Position numbers and translations under genes: made by a program. The notes beneath the pieces were generated by a model. It made no database searches and was not told the DNA's origin. It worked only from the letters and a program-made list of their open reading frames with translations. A DNA stretch of 63,864 nt, counting the filler, from Octopus bimaculoides (lineage: Eukaryota): assembly GCF_001194135.2 (NCBI RefSeq). It is 5 parts of 4 records of this genome, joined end to end, with 100 filler letters (N's around TTAATTAATTAA, not from the genome) between each part and the next. Parts side by side here need not be neighbours in the genome. Positions count along the whole stretch, not along the records: positions 17,183 to 26,202 come from NC_068987.1; positions 26,303 to 55,912 come from NC_068989.1; 3 more parts are not named here. One strand, written 5' to 3'. Positions 25,108 through 38,046 of the stretch are shown here, one piece after another (the stretch's first letter is position 1; each line of letters begins with the position of its first letter).

Positions 25108-25570
25108 GGCGGCGAGCCAGCAGAATCGTTACCACACTGGGTAAAATGCTTAGCAGCATTTCGTCCGTCTTTATGTTCTGAGTTCTAATTCCGCCGAGGT
25201 CGTCTTTGCCTTTCATTCCTCTTAGGGTGGATAAAATAAGTACCAGTTGAAAAATATAATCGATTATCCCTCTCCACCAAATTTCAGGCCTAGTGCCTAT
25301 AGTAGAAAAGATTATTTGTTTAACTACTTTAACTATTATTTATGGTGTTTAAAGCGGCGAGCTGGCAGAATCGTTAGCACGCCGGGCAAAATGCTTAGCG
25401 GCATTTCGTCTGTCTTTACGTTCTGAGTTCAAATTCCGCCGAGGTCGACTTTGCCTTTCATACTTTCTGGGTCGATGAATTAAGTACCAGTTGCGTACTG
25501 GGGTCGATGTAATCGACCTACTCACCCCACAGAAATTGCTGGCCGTGTGCCAAAATTTGAAACCATTATT
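25108..25570 (+). mobile_element. Two adjacent family 1 SINEs with different 3' tails
   Basis: 25108-25312 ends CTATAGTAGAAAAGATTAT; 25353-25570 ends GTGCCAAAATTTGAAACC. Confidence 0.9.
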
Positions 25571-25639
25571 TTCGGTGTTTGAATGAACAGCAGCAGTCTC
25601 TCCTGTGGCATTATTCTGTGACACTATTTCCGATCCTAG

Positions 25640-25862
25640 TGTAAGTACGTCCACATGGAAACTGCTCTGTGACAATAACATCACATGCATACACTGTGAA
25701 GCGTCTATCCAGAATACGAAAGAAATGAATCGCACAGATATCGCCAGAGTTCCGAAGAAAATCCTTACTCAGATCGACATTGCAATTCCTTCTTACTAAC
25801 AGAACACACGGCTCGAAGTAGAAAAGTTATCGAAGTACCATAAATTTGAAACGGAAATAACG
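25640..25862 (+). mobile_element. RLE-type (R4/Dong-like) non-LTR endonuclease relic
   Basis: KKILTQIDIAIPSY*QNTRLEVEKLSKYHKFETEIT resembles the PD..(D/E)xK-type RLE C-terminus (LIDIAIP..EKLSKY). Confidence 0.5.
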
Positions 25863-25889
25863 AATAACGAGAGGCAAGGGGAGGAGGTT

Positions 25890-26200
25890 AGATGAAGAGG
25901 GGAGGAGAGTTGAGCCCATGTGGCTCAAAGGAGCGTAGAAAGAAGATTAATCCCTATTCACAGCGCAAACGGGAGTCCGGATGGCCCCTGTGGAAGGACA
26001 ATCCGAACACGGACAAGTGTTGCAAAGAGTGACGGGTAGAGCGGAAATGGCGTGAGACCGGGGTGTCATTGCCGTGCCGAGGCGGATGTCTCCGAGGTGT
26101 TCCGTGAACCGGTCAGCCAAGTGGCGTCCCGTTTGTCCGATGTACAGAGAATGACAGAGAGAGCAGGAGATGCAATAGATGATATTGGTAGAAGTGCAAT
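25890..26200 (-). pseudogene. Second Penelope-like GIY-YIG endonuclease fragment
   Basis: Minus translation CTSTNIIYCISCSLCHSLYIGQTGRHLADRFTEHLGDIR..PVSRHF..LIFFLRSFEPHGLN. One frameshift and one stop; cut by an N gap. Confidence 0.85.
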
Positions 26201-26473
26201 ACNNNNNNNNNNNNNNNNNNNNNNNNNNNNNNNNNNNNNNNNNNNNTTAATTAATTAANNNNNNNNNNNNNNNNNNNNNNNNNNNNNNNNNNNNNNNNNN
26301 NNTATATACATATATATGTATATATACACACACATAAATACACATACAAACATATGTATCTGCATCCCATTACACATATATATCCACAGGCAAATACCGA
26401 AAATGTACATGTAAAGTGCCCGTGCATGATTTTTGACCGGCTCGTATGTTTGTATATGCATTTATGTGTATGA

Positions 26474-26505
<32 letters not shown>

Positions 26506-27608
26506 CTGTGTGCGTGCGTGTCTGTTTGTGTGTGTGCGCGCGTGTGTTTGTGTGTATGTGTGTGTGTGCGGTTGTATGTGTTGCACACGAAGATGTACTG
26601 GTTAGTTTACATAGCATTGTATCCAGTAAAACACTATTGAACTTCGTCATGTCTAAGTTGATATTGGGATGAGCAAATGTTTAAGTAAACCGAGGGAATT
26701 AACAGCGCTATGGAAGAAAGAAGGAGACAGATAGAGAGAGGAGAGGAAAGAGAGGAATGATAGGCTCGCACAAGTTAAAACAAAGTCATATAACATGTGA
26801 TTTATAATCCACAATATAGCTTGATAAAGTTTGCTACATCAATAAATGCTGCAACCATAAATCGATCAGTGATTTGTAAGTGAACATGATTTATATAGAC
26901 ATAGTATATAGTCTGAAACCAAAAACAACAGAGTGGATATTTTAAATGTAAACTAACTGACAGGAAAAACTAATAACCGAGACTGTAAGTGATCGCTCAA
27001 TCTATTAGAAATGGTAGTATAAGTTTTCCTCAAATCGCATACGTTATTGTCTTTAAGAAAGGACACTTTGAATAATGTAATCGGAGATAACACCTCAAGA
27101 ATGAACAAATGGGATGAGTAGCACTCGAATGTTGAAGTAACAATTGAAACCGTTAGTTATGGTTAAATATCCGACATGACTCCCATCACTTTCTCACACG
27201 GATACCAATATATATCTCCTAGATCCAATTTTTTCGGCTATATTCCTTTTTAAGTTCCTTGTATTATGTTTTCTTTCTTTCCAGCACTGAAGAGTACGTT
27301 GATATTTAATTAGTTTAATTTAATTCAGCCATGAATTTATATTATTATTACATCTCTGTAGGAAACGATCGTCTGCAAGAATTAAACTTCATATATATTT
27401 TAACAACTTGTCTCTTTCATTTTTAACAAAATTGATGGGATTTATGGAACTCTATTCCATAAATCCTCCATACATTATATACAAGTACTACTTTCATATC
27501 TCCACAAATTTATGCCTGGAAACTCCCAGTTAAGTATGAAGAATCAACATTAGAAATCGTTTTTGGAAACATCCTATCAAAGGAAGAACTCACATTCAAC
27601 ATTTTATA

Positions 27609-27702
<94 letters not shown>

Positions 27703-28759
27703 GATAATTAGGAGACTGTTGAAAATTTTATTCTAAGGATTTTGACTTACATGTTGGTTTGTGCAGGATCCGGGTGTAGTGGATGACACAACATGGATGA
27801 TGATGGAAGGAGCGATGAGTGCAGAAGGCACGCGTAGCTATGCAGCTTTTATCAAGAAATGACCATCAGAATAACGATACAGAAGACAAACGGAAGAAAC
27901 AGCAGGACTGTGAGGAGGATGCTGGTGTGTATGTGGGGGGGACTTATAACAATCCATCGATGTCATAGATATTCACTCTGTTCAGTTAGGGCTGACATGA
28001 GATTAATCAACAACAGCAACAGTTAATACAACAACAGCAATAGCAATAAGAGATATTCACTCAGATGCCAACCAGCGAGCCTCTACATGACCTCTCGATC
28101 TACCAGAAATTACTGAAGGCGTCAGGAGTAATTTGAAGAAAATTCGGCTGCTATTTCTAGCAGGTCAAATGATAGAATCATTTTAAAATTATCAGCAGAT
28201 ATTCATTTACGTGTTCATTAATTACGTGTCAATTAATTAACTTCATGGTCTCGTCTAGTTGGAAGATATAATAGCGAATACATAACATTCTAAGACTGTT
28301 AGCTTCGTAAGAACCATGCACAACAACAACCAACACCATCACCACAACAACAATAACGTTAACAGATTCATACGAAAATCGAAATCAAATCATCAAGATT
28401 AACTTACCTTTTATATATATATATACTGCAGAAATTAAAACAAGTTCAGTAAAAGCTGCTTGTTTTACTGCGAAATTGACAGACAATTTCCCTGAGATTC
28501 ATTTCTATCCTTTAAACGCACTCAATTATATTGCGACATACATTCATTGTCAAATAACAAAGGCAGACATTTACAAATCTGATGTTTGAGTGAAATCGAT
28601 GGCAAAAAGAGAAACAATTTGCATTTTTCTAATGCTGGAAGATAAAGCATTATTGCGTTGCTAGATTGATGCAATTTAGCTCATTTTCTTCGTAATAATA
28701 CGTAATGCCTGATCAATAAGAGGGTTCAGTAAAACATATAATATAAAATATATACATGG

Positions 28760-28960
28760 AAGCGAGGTGGTAGAATCGTTAACTTGCCGGACAAAATGCT
28801 TAGGAGATTTTGTCCGACTTTATGTTCTTTGTTGAATTTCCGCCGATGCTGACTTTACCTTTCGTCCCTTCGGGGTCAATAAAATGAATACCAGTTGAAC
28901 ACTGGTATTCAACTTATCCCCTCCCCCGTTATTGCTGGCACTGCGCAAAAATTTGAAAAC
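28760..28960 (+). mobile_element. Family 1 SINE (diverged)
   Basis: GAGGTGGTAGAATCGTTAAC..GACTTTACCTTTCGTCCCTTCGGGGTCAATAAAAT. Confidence 0.75.
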
Positions 28961-30029
28961 AATATAAGATATATGCAACAGTAAAACTATACGTTCATAT
29001 GGATGTACTATGGCTTAACTACATACATTGTTTTCGCGTGTGTGTAGCGTTTGTGTGTAAGGAACAAAATAGAGAAAAAGTGGAAAAAATGATTAATTAC
29101 TGTAGACTGTGACATAGTAATTGAATTACTGAATGAAAGATTCACCATTTTTCTACTTTATACTCTTATATACACTTTTAAATAGCTGAATTAATTTATT
29201 TATTTAAGACTGTAATGGTGTTTAAAGGAGCAGAAACGATCAATTACATAGATATAACATACGTGTGTGGGCATATGTTCATATTTGTGTTTTTTGTGTC
29301 TGTTAGTGTGTATGCAAATCTGTGGTTTGTTGAATTAAACCGAACTCGTCAAGAAGTCACGAAGGCTCCCTGACAATTCTATAATTCTACTATCTAAACG
29401 CTTAAAGGGAATGATAAATATCCGTATTTTCTACGTAGCACCGAAAAGACAGCATATAATGTCTTATCTACAACAAAGGGAGCAGGCCAGACGCTAAAAA
29501 GTCTATTTCAGTTGTTTCATTTAATTTTAATTTGGAACAAACTAATAGACAAACTGATTCTTCTTGGAACAGTGGAACTTGTTAAGTGATACTTGAGCAC
29601 GGTTTCCCCATCACACAATTGGTACGGCGTTATAGCTGGGTATTAAAGCAGTTATACCTATCATAAATAGAAGGGTTATGTCTAGATTTTTGTGAAAGTT
29701 TTCGAACAATTTGGGTAGAAATATTACACAAGTTTGATGACCTCAGTATAGTAGCATAATCATTAAAATATAGAAGTTAATATAGTCAATGATTCATTAC
29801 GTAAATCATCAAGGACATATATTGGACTTATTTAGGTGCTTATTTATATAATATATAGACTTTATATATCAAGTAATATATAAGTAATATATAAGTCCAT
29901 TATATAAATAGATAAAAGAGAGAGTGAGAGAATGAGAGAGAGAGAGAGAGAGAGACAGAAAGCTAAATATCGATAGATAACTTAGATAATTTAGATATGT
30001 TTCGACCAAAGATTGGTCCAGGCCATGTC

Positions 30030-30895
30030 TAACTTAATAGCGCCACCTAATAGAATTAGCTAAATCCTTTTTCAGTCAAGTTTTGGGGTATCATGGTCCA
30101 TTCAAGTAGGGAGTTCTTGTTGAGTGAGTTGTCTCCAGGTATATGTAACTTATCTGGTATTCCTTGAAGAAATTTGGCCAGATTCCATTTAAAGATGATG
30201 GGATCCTTTTCCTCTTTGATCTGTTTCGGGACAATGTTAAATAGGGCAGGGCCTGTTGAGGAAAAGAAATTGTGTTACAGTGTATTTATGTATTGTAATC
30301 CTGAATTGGGTAGGGGGCGTATGGCCCGCCCGTGGTCCTAGCGTTCGATGAGTTTGAAACTAATGTTCAGGTCGTTTGGACAATGCTGGTGATATATTCT
30401 CCACATCGTGCAAATGTTATATCGCACACGGCGGCACTGGAGGGAATAGAATTTTCAATGCTTTAAGGCGGTCTCAATAATCTAGATGCCCTTACTTCTT
30501 TTATTGAATGCCCTCTGGGGTGATTCAATTTTGGAAATATTTTATCTTGTATGGGGAGACCACAGGGGGCGGTAGTATTCGAAGTGTGGCCATGCAAAGG
30601 AGGAGAAAAAGGAATGATGACGCCTTGTTCTCTGGATAGGAAAATTCTTTGTATCTAGGAGCTCATCCTACGAGGTGTATCGACGTTATTGTTGATGTGG
30701 TCACTCCAGCTGAGATTGCTCTGATATTATTAGATGTTGTGAGTGATTCTCCTGATGGAAGAGAGATTGGCTGTTTTAGCATAGACTTTCTTCTAAAATG
30801 CATCAGGTCAAATTTTCCCTCCTTTAGTTGCATTTTGTTTTAGTCTGCCCATTGAGTCACGGCATGTAGATCAAACTGGAGTTCAGTCCGGTCTT
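30030..30895 (-). mobile_element. CR1-clade LINE 3' fragment
   Basis: Minus translation LQFDLHAVTQWAD*NKMQL..KIESPQRAF..RYNICTMWRIY..HNFFSSTGPALFNIVPKQI..FLQGIPD. Confidence 0.85.
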
Positions 30896-30974
30896 CTCCA
30901 TTGATAATTTTCTGGGGACAGCTAGCTACCTAGATAGATAGATATGTATCTATATGTATCTATGTGTGTGCATG

Positions 30975-30994
30975 CGTGTGTGTGTGTGTGTGTG

Positions 30995-31076
<82 letters not shown>
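30975..31076. repeat. (TG)n microsatellite
   Basis: Direct reading; many similar (CA/TG)n and (TA)n tracts occur across the window. Confidence 0.95.
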
Positions 31077-31077
<1 letters not shown>

Positions 31078-32088
31078 TTCATATTTACAAAAAACAAAAT
31101 ACGAAGATAGGTGAAAGAACAACAAGCAGATGTATTTGTTTAATGCTCGGGAAGAATGGAAAAGTCTTTTATATTTCGAGCCTACGCCTTCATAACATGT
31201 ATATATATATATATATATATATTACGAACTTCGTTTATGTTTAATACAGGTCCCTCAAAGACATAACCAATTCAGAAATGTTATAATATCAATCTATTCT
31301 GATACCTCTGACAGATTGTAATCCTGGATACACGGAGAAAGGCGAGATTGCACGTTCAGAATCATAATTTAGCGGAAATCTGTGAATTATAACTAACGAC
31401 TCGTCATTTTGTGCATATATTGCTAAAATGCTAAAATCATGCAGCGAAGAATCAGGCAGAATTAATTCTGAGAATGTTCAGAACAAGAGAACAATATAAC
31501 AAGTTGGCCCTGTGGAAGATATTTATTTGTAATCGTCTCGTTATCGCTGTAGGCTAGGTTCTGACAAACTTTCTATGTAACAACTTCAATGAATAAGTAG
31601 AGTCAGATAATATGCGATATTTATATCTTTTTTTCTTTTTGCTCTGAGCTTAAATCTTGCCGAGAGAAACTTCAATTTTCATTCATACAGGAAACACTAA
31701 AGTGCTCGTATCGATTACTGTTCGATTGATCCTACTTCCCCAAAATATATGATCATCTATCAATACTAGAAATTCATATTACAATTTGAAAGAGAAGCAA
31801 AGTAATGGTCATACATAGGGAAGAACATTCCTTCTAAGCAGGTGAACTACCGATAGATACTGAATGCTCAATAACTTTTGTCACTGGAGTGAGAGAGTAG
31901 GAGATATACAGACAAGATTATTTGAAAGGGCTTAAACTAAATTGATATTGAAAACTTAGCATTGGAATTGAGCAATTTTCTAAACTAGACACCGTTGCAT
32001 AGAGGTAGTAGTTCTGGTTCGGAATCTTCGTGGTACACTGGAGATCAAACCAAACCTCAGAGACACACTTTGCAGGGATTTTTCTTAA

Positions 32089-32793
32089 GATATATTGGAT
32101 CTTTTTTAAAACGGGGGCCACATTTTTCATTAATGTTTTACGTAGTGTTTTTGGTACCGAAAGACTTTCAAACTTCGTATACTTATCTATTTTGTGTTAT
32201 AGAATAGAAAAATATTTTTGTATTCGAATTTATTTCATGTAAAAAATTGTCTTATTTCGATAATTTCAACCAATCACTGACAAGTATTCAGTTGTTTATA
32301 TTTACTCCTTTGGCTGATTAAGCGATGTAAAGCGTATTTAATCTCCATACCTTCGTTTTATTTGCTTTTTTCATTTTAAATTTGCTTTAACCCTAACCCT
32401 AACCCTAACCGTAGGGTTAGGGTTAGGGTTAGAGNNNNNNNNNNCCTAACCCTAACCCTAACCCTAACCGTAGGGTTAGGGTTAGGGTTAGAGTTAGGGT
32501 TAGGGTTAGAGTTAGGGTTAGAGTTAGGGTTAGGGTTAGGGTTAATTGTTTCAGAATCGTTTGTTTATGTAGTCGGCACTTAATGTATATCGGCTGAATG
32601 GACGTCAGTGATTGGTTGAAATTACAGAAATACGACAACTTTAACATGGAATAATTTATGGATTTCTTTTTTTTTTTAAGAAGACTAAGAGAAAATGATG
32701 TTTTATATGACACATTCCACCAGTGTTCCAAGTTTCAAAGTGTTTCGTTAATGAAAAATGTGGCCCCCGTTTTAAAAAAGATCCGACATATTT
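32089..32793. mobile_element. TTAA-flanked MITE with about 45-bp TIRs and a central inverted telomeric repeat
   Basis: TIR GGATCTTTTTTAAAACGGGGGCCACATTTTTCATTAA at both ends, TTAA at 32085-32088 and 32794-32797, and a perfect internal 20-bp IR at 32262-32281/32604-32623. Confidence 0.8.
32387..32543. repeat. Interstitial (CCCTAA)n-(TTAGGG)n array
   Basis: TAACCC x3, then CCGTAGGG, then TTAGGG/TTAGAG units. The block is duplicated across a 10-N gap. Confidence 0.9.
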
Positions 32794-33665
32794 TTAAGTT
32801 ACGAGTTTAGAAAAATAACGCTGGCAAGAGCAAATGTCGCTTGCCTTTTTCTTACTTATATTTTTGTGGCTAGTATGAATTTCAAGGCAAATCATATTTG
32901 TCTAAAGACAAATTACATTCTTTTAATTTTATGACGCACCTAGATACTCCTTGTGGCACTCTATTTTGGAAATATGTGGCCTAAGATTTAACGTGTAACT
33001 CTTATCTTACACAAGTTCATGCAAGATATAGCAATGACTAGTAACGAGTACGTGTGCGTGAGTGTGTGTGTGCGTGTGAGTATGCGTATTGATGTGTGTA
33101 TTTAGTCCGTATAATCATATATTATTCTTTCCTAATTACGTATCCCAAATATTTTTTATCATCTCAAGTTTTACCATTCTTAGTACCTCATCATTGTTTT
33201 CTGTCCTTGACATTTTAAAATCTCTTCGATATACCGACATCTTAAAATCTTGTTATCTATTTGATAATACTTTTCTGATGATCCATATTTCAACTCCGCA
33301 TTCTACAGACATAGTTTTCTTAATATTAAAATGGTTCACATTATTTTAAAATTACTTTATTTTAATATCAGTTATTACTTTGGTTTCTGTCTCATATTTT
33401 CCAAGTATATTCTCTTCAGCTTCTTTTCAATTTGCTTTTTCTCAGTGGTAATACTTAACTTTGGTAACTGTCGTTTCTTGATTATTACCATTATTTTTGA
33501 TATTTTGTAGCCATTTTTATTCGATAGTTATTAATGATAGTACAAACTTCTGGAGGGTATCTTTACTGATAACAAACAAAACATTATCATCTGTACACAT
33601 ATAAATCTATTTCTAGCTATATCTCAACCTATGTAGCGAGCTACCCATATACGTTTACATGCATA

Positions 33666-33711
<46 letters not shown>

Positions 33712-33882
33712 NNNNNNNNNNNNNNNNNNNNNNNNNNNNNNNNNNNNNNNNNNNNNNNNNNNNNNNNNNNNNNNNNNNNNNNNNNNNNNNNNNNNNNNNN
33801 NNNNNNNNNNNNNNNNNNNNNNNNNNNNNNNNNNNNNNNNNNNNNNNNNNNNNNNNNNNNNNNNNNNNNNNNNNNNNNNNNN

Positions 33883-33919
<37 letters not shown>

Positions 33920-34479
33920 GAGAGAGACAGAGCGAGAGAGAAAAAATAGATATATATATACGTATATACGTACACACACACTATATCACAATGTATTCAT
34001 AGAGGAGGAAAAGACCAAACCAAGCACGGACTAGTTAAATAAACAAGACAAAAATTATTGGGTAGAGACGTGAACGAGATGTCTTTCGACGAGGGATTAC
34101 TCGCTATATCAAGAAAGACAATAAGGGTTAGGCTTTAGAAACACCATGTAGTTAAATAAACCACAATATAAACAAAGTACGATGTTAATGAAAAATTTAC
34201 ACTTCATCTAGCATCAACAAATTAATAAAAGTGGTTTTAAACAACCTCTAACGTAAGCTTACCGGTTTGAATCAGTTTGGTCTAGAGGCTACTAAGGATA
34301 ATTGTTTAACAAGACGTAGACGAAACACAAACAAGGAATATGAATAGTTTTTGGACTTAAACGAAGGGGAAAAAAAAACAAGATATAAATCGTCTTACGT
34401 CGTAGACTAGACAAATTGTGCAAATTTATCGCCAACAAAAATATACAGCCATTCCTTTCGGGCGGTAGATATGTGTCTA

Positions 34480-34599
34480 TGTGTGTGTGTGAATGTGTCC
34501 ATGTGTATACCCCCCCCCACACACACACACATAATATATATATATATATATATATATACGTACATATATATATATACATGTATATATGCATGTATGCAC

Positions 34600-34641
<42 letters not shown>

Positions 34642-34890
34642 GCAGTATATACATATATATATGCATATGCATATATATATAGAAATATTTATATACATAT
34701 ACATATACATATACATATATAATTGTATGTATATATCTGTATGTATATATGTATGTGTATATATATATCCACATACATACATATATACATATATGTGTAC
34801 ATATGTGTGTATGTATGCATGCATATATGTTTGTATGTCGTATTTATGTAAGGTATACCAGTATGTGCGTGCGTTTGTATATGTGTATAG
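34480..34890. repeat. Cryptic TA/CA alternating purine-pyrimidine tract
   Basis: Direct reading. Confidence 0.9.
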
Positions 34891-36266
34891 ATAAGCACTG
34901 AGACAAAAAAAGATTAGATAAATCGGTCAGTTAGAGAGATAAAAACGGCCAGTCAACTTTTATTCAATTTCACTCAATTAGTGGGCATACATTGAAATGC
35001 CTCCGAGTTTACGTTATATGTTTGTTTTTCCTTCTCGTTTACAACTATCTGTCGAAAACCTATATTATAGCTGCACAGTTATATGCTGAGCTATTGCAGC
35101 TGAACATTACTCTAGATCTTGTTTAGTCACTGTCTGTGCTGTCTCCTACTTTTAACACTGTAACAGCCGAATAGCGTTAGTGCTGTAGTACTAATACTAA
35201 CGATTGTTACTCCGTATTATTTACTCGTAGTATTTTATCACAGTCATAGTTAAGTGAGCTAAAACATTAGTTTCGTTTATTGCGTCAAAATATACCAACG
35301 AGACATCAACACAGTGACAACATTGATATTACTAATACTACAACCACCACAAAAATGACTAATATTGTATTCCTCGCTATCACACAATAACCATCACATT
35401 AGCAACAATACTTATATCTACTTTCACGCTTCATTCATAACCATCACCCTACAATGTACAGTGAACATCTTACGACCCTTTTATGTCTATGGATCCCTTT
35501 GATTCCCATTTTATTCCACTAGACCTCCATAGACATTCACTTAATAAAAAAAAAAACTTACTACGTTTCTACAATTAAACATTATTAGGAATCATATAAA
35601 TAAAAAAATTAAAGTATATTATGCATTGTAGAAGAATAAGCAATTTATTGCTGATGAATTTTAACAACAACATTTTATATGGACTCCGAAGGGCCATATG
35701 GACCCTGGTTCAGAAACAGTGCCCTATATATACCACGTAAAGAGCTACACAAACACCACTGCCATTATACTGTAATCATTCGCATCATCACCACCAACAA
35801 TCGACAATAACCAGCATCCACCTATAACCACCACCAATAATCAACATTATCTACAACCACCACTATCACCAACAACATCACTGCTATCAGTTAAAAAGCA
35901 GTATTTTCACTCTGCAACCTCCACTTCCATCACTATCATTATTCGAATGTATCATCATAGCTTAAGTCTACCTCTAACAGAATGTCGATTGCTACCAACA
36001 CACATCACCACCAACCACATCATTATCGGAATGCTTCCTTCACTACAGCGACTACTATCCACATCACTGCCACTATTTTCGTCATTATTAGTCACCACCA
36101 TCAAAATCAGTAACTCCTCCTCCTCCTCCTCCTCCACCTCCTCCTCCTCTTGATTCTTATCCACTAAGAAACTTTATTTTCGCAAACAATATTATCATCA
36201 TAACTAATAACGACTGTTATCAATGTGACTAATAACACTGCCATCATCATCACCACCATCATCCCC

Positions 36267-36298
<32 letters not shown>

Positions 36299-36309
36299 AG
36301 ATTGTTAAC

Positions 36310-36500
36310 CTCGTGCCGGAGTTGGTAGTATCGTAAGCGCGTCAGACAAAATACTTTGTGGCATTTTTTCTGACTATTTACGCCCTGTGTCCAAATATGG
36401 CCGATAAAATAAAGTACCGATCAAGTACTGAGGTCGCCGTAATCGATTATTCCCTTTTCCCACTAAAATTGCTGGCCTTGTGACAAAATTAGAAATACTA
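36310..36500 (+). mobile_element. Family 1 SINE (diverged, internally deleted)
   Basis: CGATAAAATAAAGTACC..GTAATCGATTA..ATTGCTGGCCTTGTGACAAAATT. Confidence 0.65.
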
Positions 36501-36660
36501 CTACTACTACTACTACTACTACTGCCATAACGACACATTGCCTCAAAAGTCATTTGTTCCAAGAACATTATTCAGCTTTCAACAACATTTAACTCCTCCC
36601 CTGCGCTGTTAAATAGACAAATTCTGTACCTAGTCGCCAAAAGATGCAATATATTATTGG

Positions 36661-36864
36661 TAATACAGTTCTATATTTAAGAGATGAGGAATTGTGTACA
36701 TCATTTACATTATTTACATTTGACGGATATTTGTCCTCATCTTGTTTGTTGTTACCACAACGTTTTGGCCGTTATACTCTCTGATATACCCACGGGCATA
36801 TGGCGTAGTGGTTAAGAGCGCGGGCTACTAACCCCAAGATTCCGACTTCGATTCCAGGCAGTGA

Positions 36865-36903
<39 letters not shown>

Positions 36904-37070
36904 CAACAACAACAACAGCATCGAAAATTAACTTAGGTATGAGAACCCAGGTTCGAAATTTCCTCAAGGCATCTGATGAAGGCTGGAAGGTATATCAGCC
37001 AAAACGTTGTGTTAACAACAAACAAGATGAAGGCTAATATCCGTCAAATGTAAATAATGTAAATGATGTA
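36661..37070. mobile_element. tRNA-head/(AAT)n/HHR Penelope terminal unit with short inverted 3' copy
   Basis: 36661-36790 is the reverse complement of the 3' end of the unit. 36795-37065 is a complete plus-strand unit with A box TGGCGTAGTGG, B-box-like GACTTCGATTCC, (AAT)n(AAC)n and an HHR. Confidence 0.85.
36968..37013 (+). ncRNA. Minimal type I hammerhead ribozyme (family A), G12 mutated
   Basis: GGCAT-CTGATGA-A-GGCTG(GAAGGTATAT)CAGCC-AAAAC-GTT^GTGTT. Confidence 0.72.
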
Positions 37071-37607
37071 TTATTGGTAATGGTCTTATCTTCACGGGGA
37101 TGGTAAATATCTGATTTGAGTTTTACTGATTTTTAACTTTAGGATTGTAATTTCGCAACTCTTGTTCAACCATGATCAATTCAATGAAGGAACACACGGG
37201 GCCAACTAATTCCATACTGTACGCGCACATACAATGTTTAGCTGCACATGTGTTCTTAATATTATTTTTCTTTATAAGTTTCCACTTTTAGGTGTCTTTG
37301 GTCATTATAACAATTCTATTTCACTAGAGAATGTAATGTATCGTTAACATATATGTACTTTTAATACAATTGTCCTCAAATAGAACGTCATTGCATATAA
37401 TTCAAAGGTTAGTGGGATTGAATTGTTCGATACCAACATCATGTGAGTACCGAATCCTCTCTTGTTTAATAACATTTTACGTAGGAAGCTTCAAAACTGA
37501 CTATTTATTGCAAATATTTTCTCTATTAAGGTAATTATAAAGTTTTATGTGTGTATAACACAGAGTACCAATATAATACTTCTTTCACATTAATATAGCA
37601 TGATATT

Positions 37608-38046
37608 AAGGCGTGAGCTGGCAGAATCGTTTGCACGCCGGACGAAATGCTTGGCTGCATTTCGTTCATTTTTACCTTCTGAGTTCAAATTCAACCGAGG
37701 TCAGCTTTGCTTTTCATCCCTTCGGTGTCGATAAAATAGCTACCAATTGCACACTGGATCGATGTAATCTACTTACTTGTCCCTGAAACTCCTGCCCTTG
37801 TGCCAACATTTTAAACCATAGAGCTAGATATTAAGGCGAAGAGCTAGTCGAATCTTTAGCACGCTGGACAAAATGCTTAGCAGCATTTCTTTGTCTTTGC
37901 ATTCTGGCTTTAAATACCCCCGAAGTTGACCTTCTCTTTCATCCCTACGGGATCGATAAAATAAATACCAGCTGAATACTGCAGTCGTTCAAATCGACTT
38001 AGCCCCCTCCTCCGAAATTGCTGGCCTTATGCCAAAATTTGAACCA
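37608..38046 (+). mobile_element. Two tandem family 1 SINEs
   Basis: Heads at 37608 and 37835, each preceded by GATATTAAGGCG; tails ..AAA(A)CCA. Confidence 0.85.

Noticed and set aside
29995-30035. GACCAA-TCT-TTGGTC-GAAAC as a hammerhead
   Set aside because: No CUGAnGA upstream. It lies at the CR1 3' end, where a recognition stem-loop is expected.
32387-32543. Telomere-telomere fusion scar
   Set aside because: Polarity is CCCTAA then TTAGGG, the reverse of a fusion, and the array lies inside a TIR element.
33100-33600. Possible RT relic (TDDN-like motif on the minus strand)
   Set aside because: No continuous recognisable peptide could be recovered.
36795-36866. Functional tRNA gene with ACT anticodon
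   Set aside because: The acceptor and T stems do not pair properly, and the sequence is embedded in a repeated mobile unit; treated as a tRNA-derived head.
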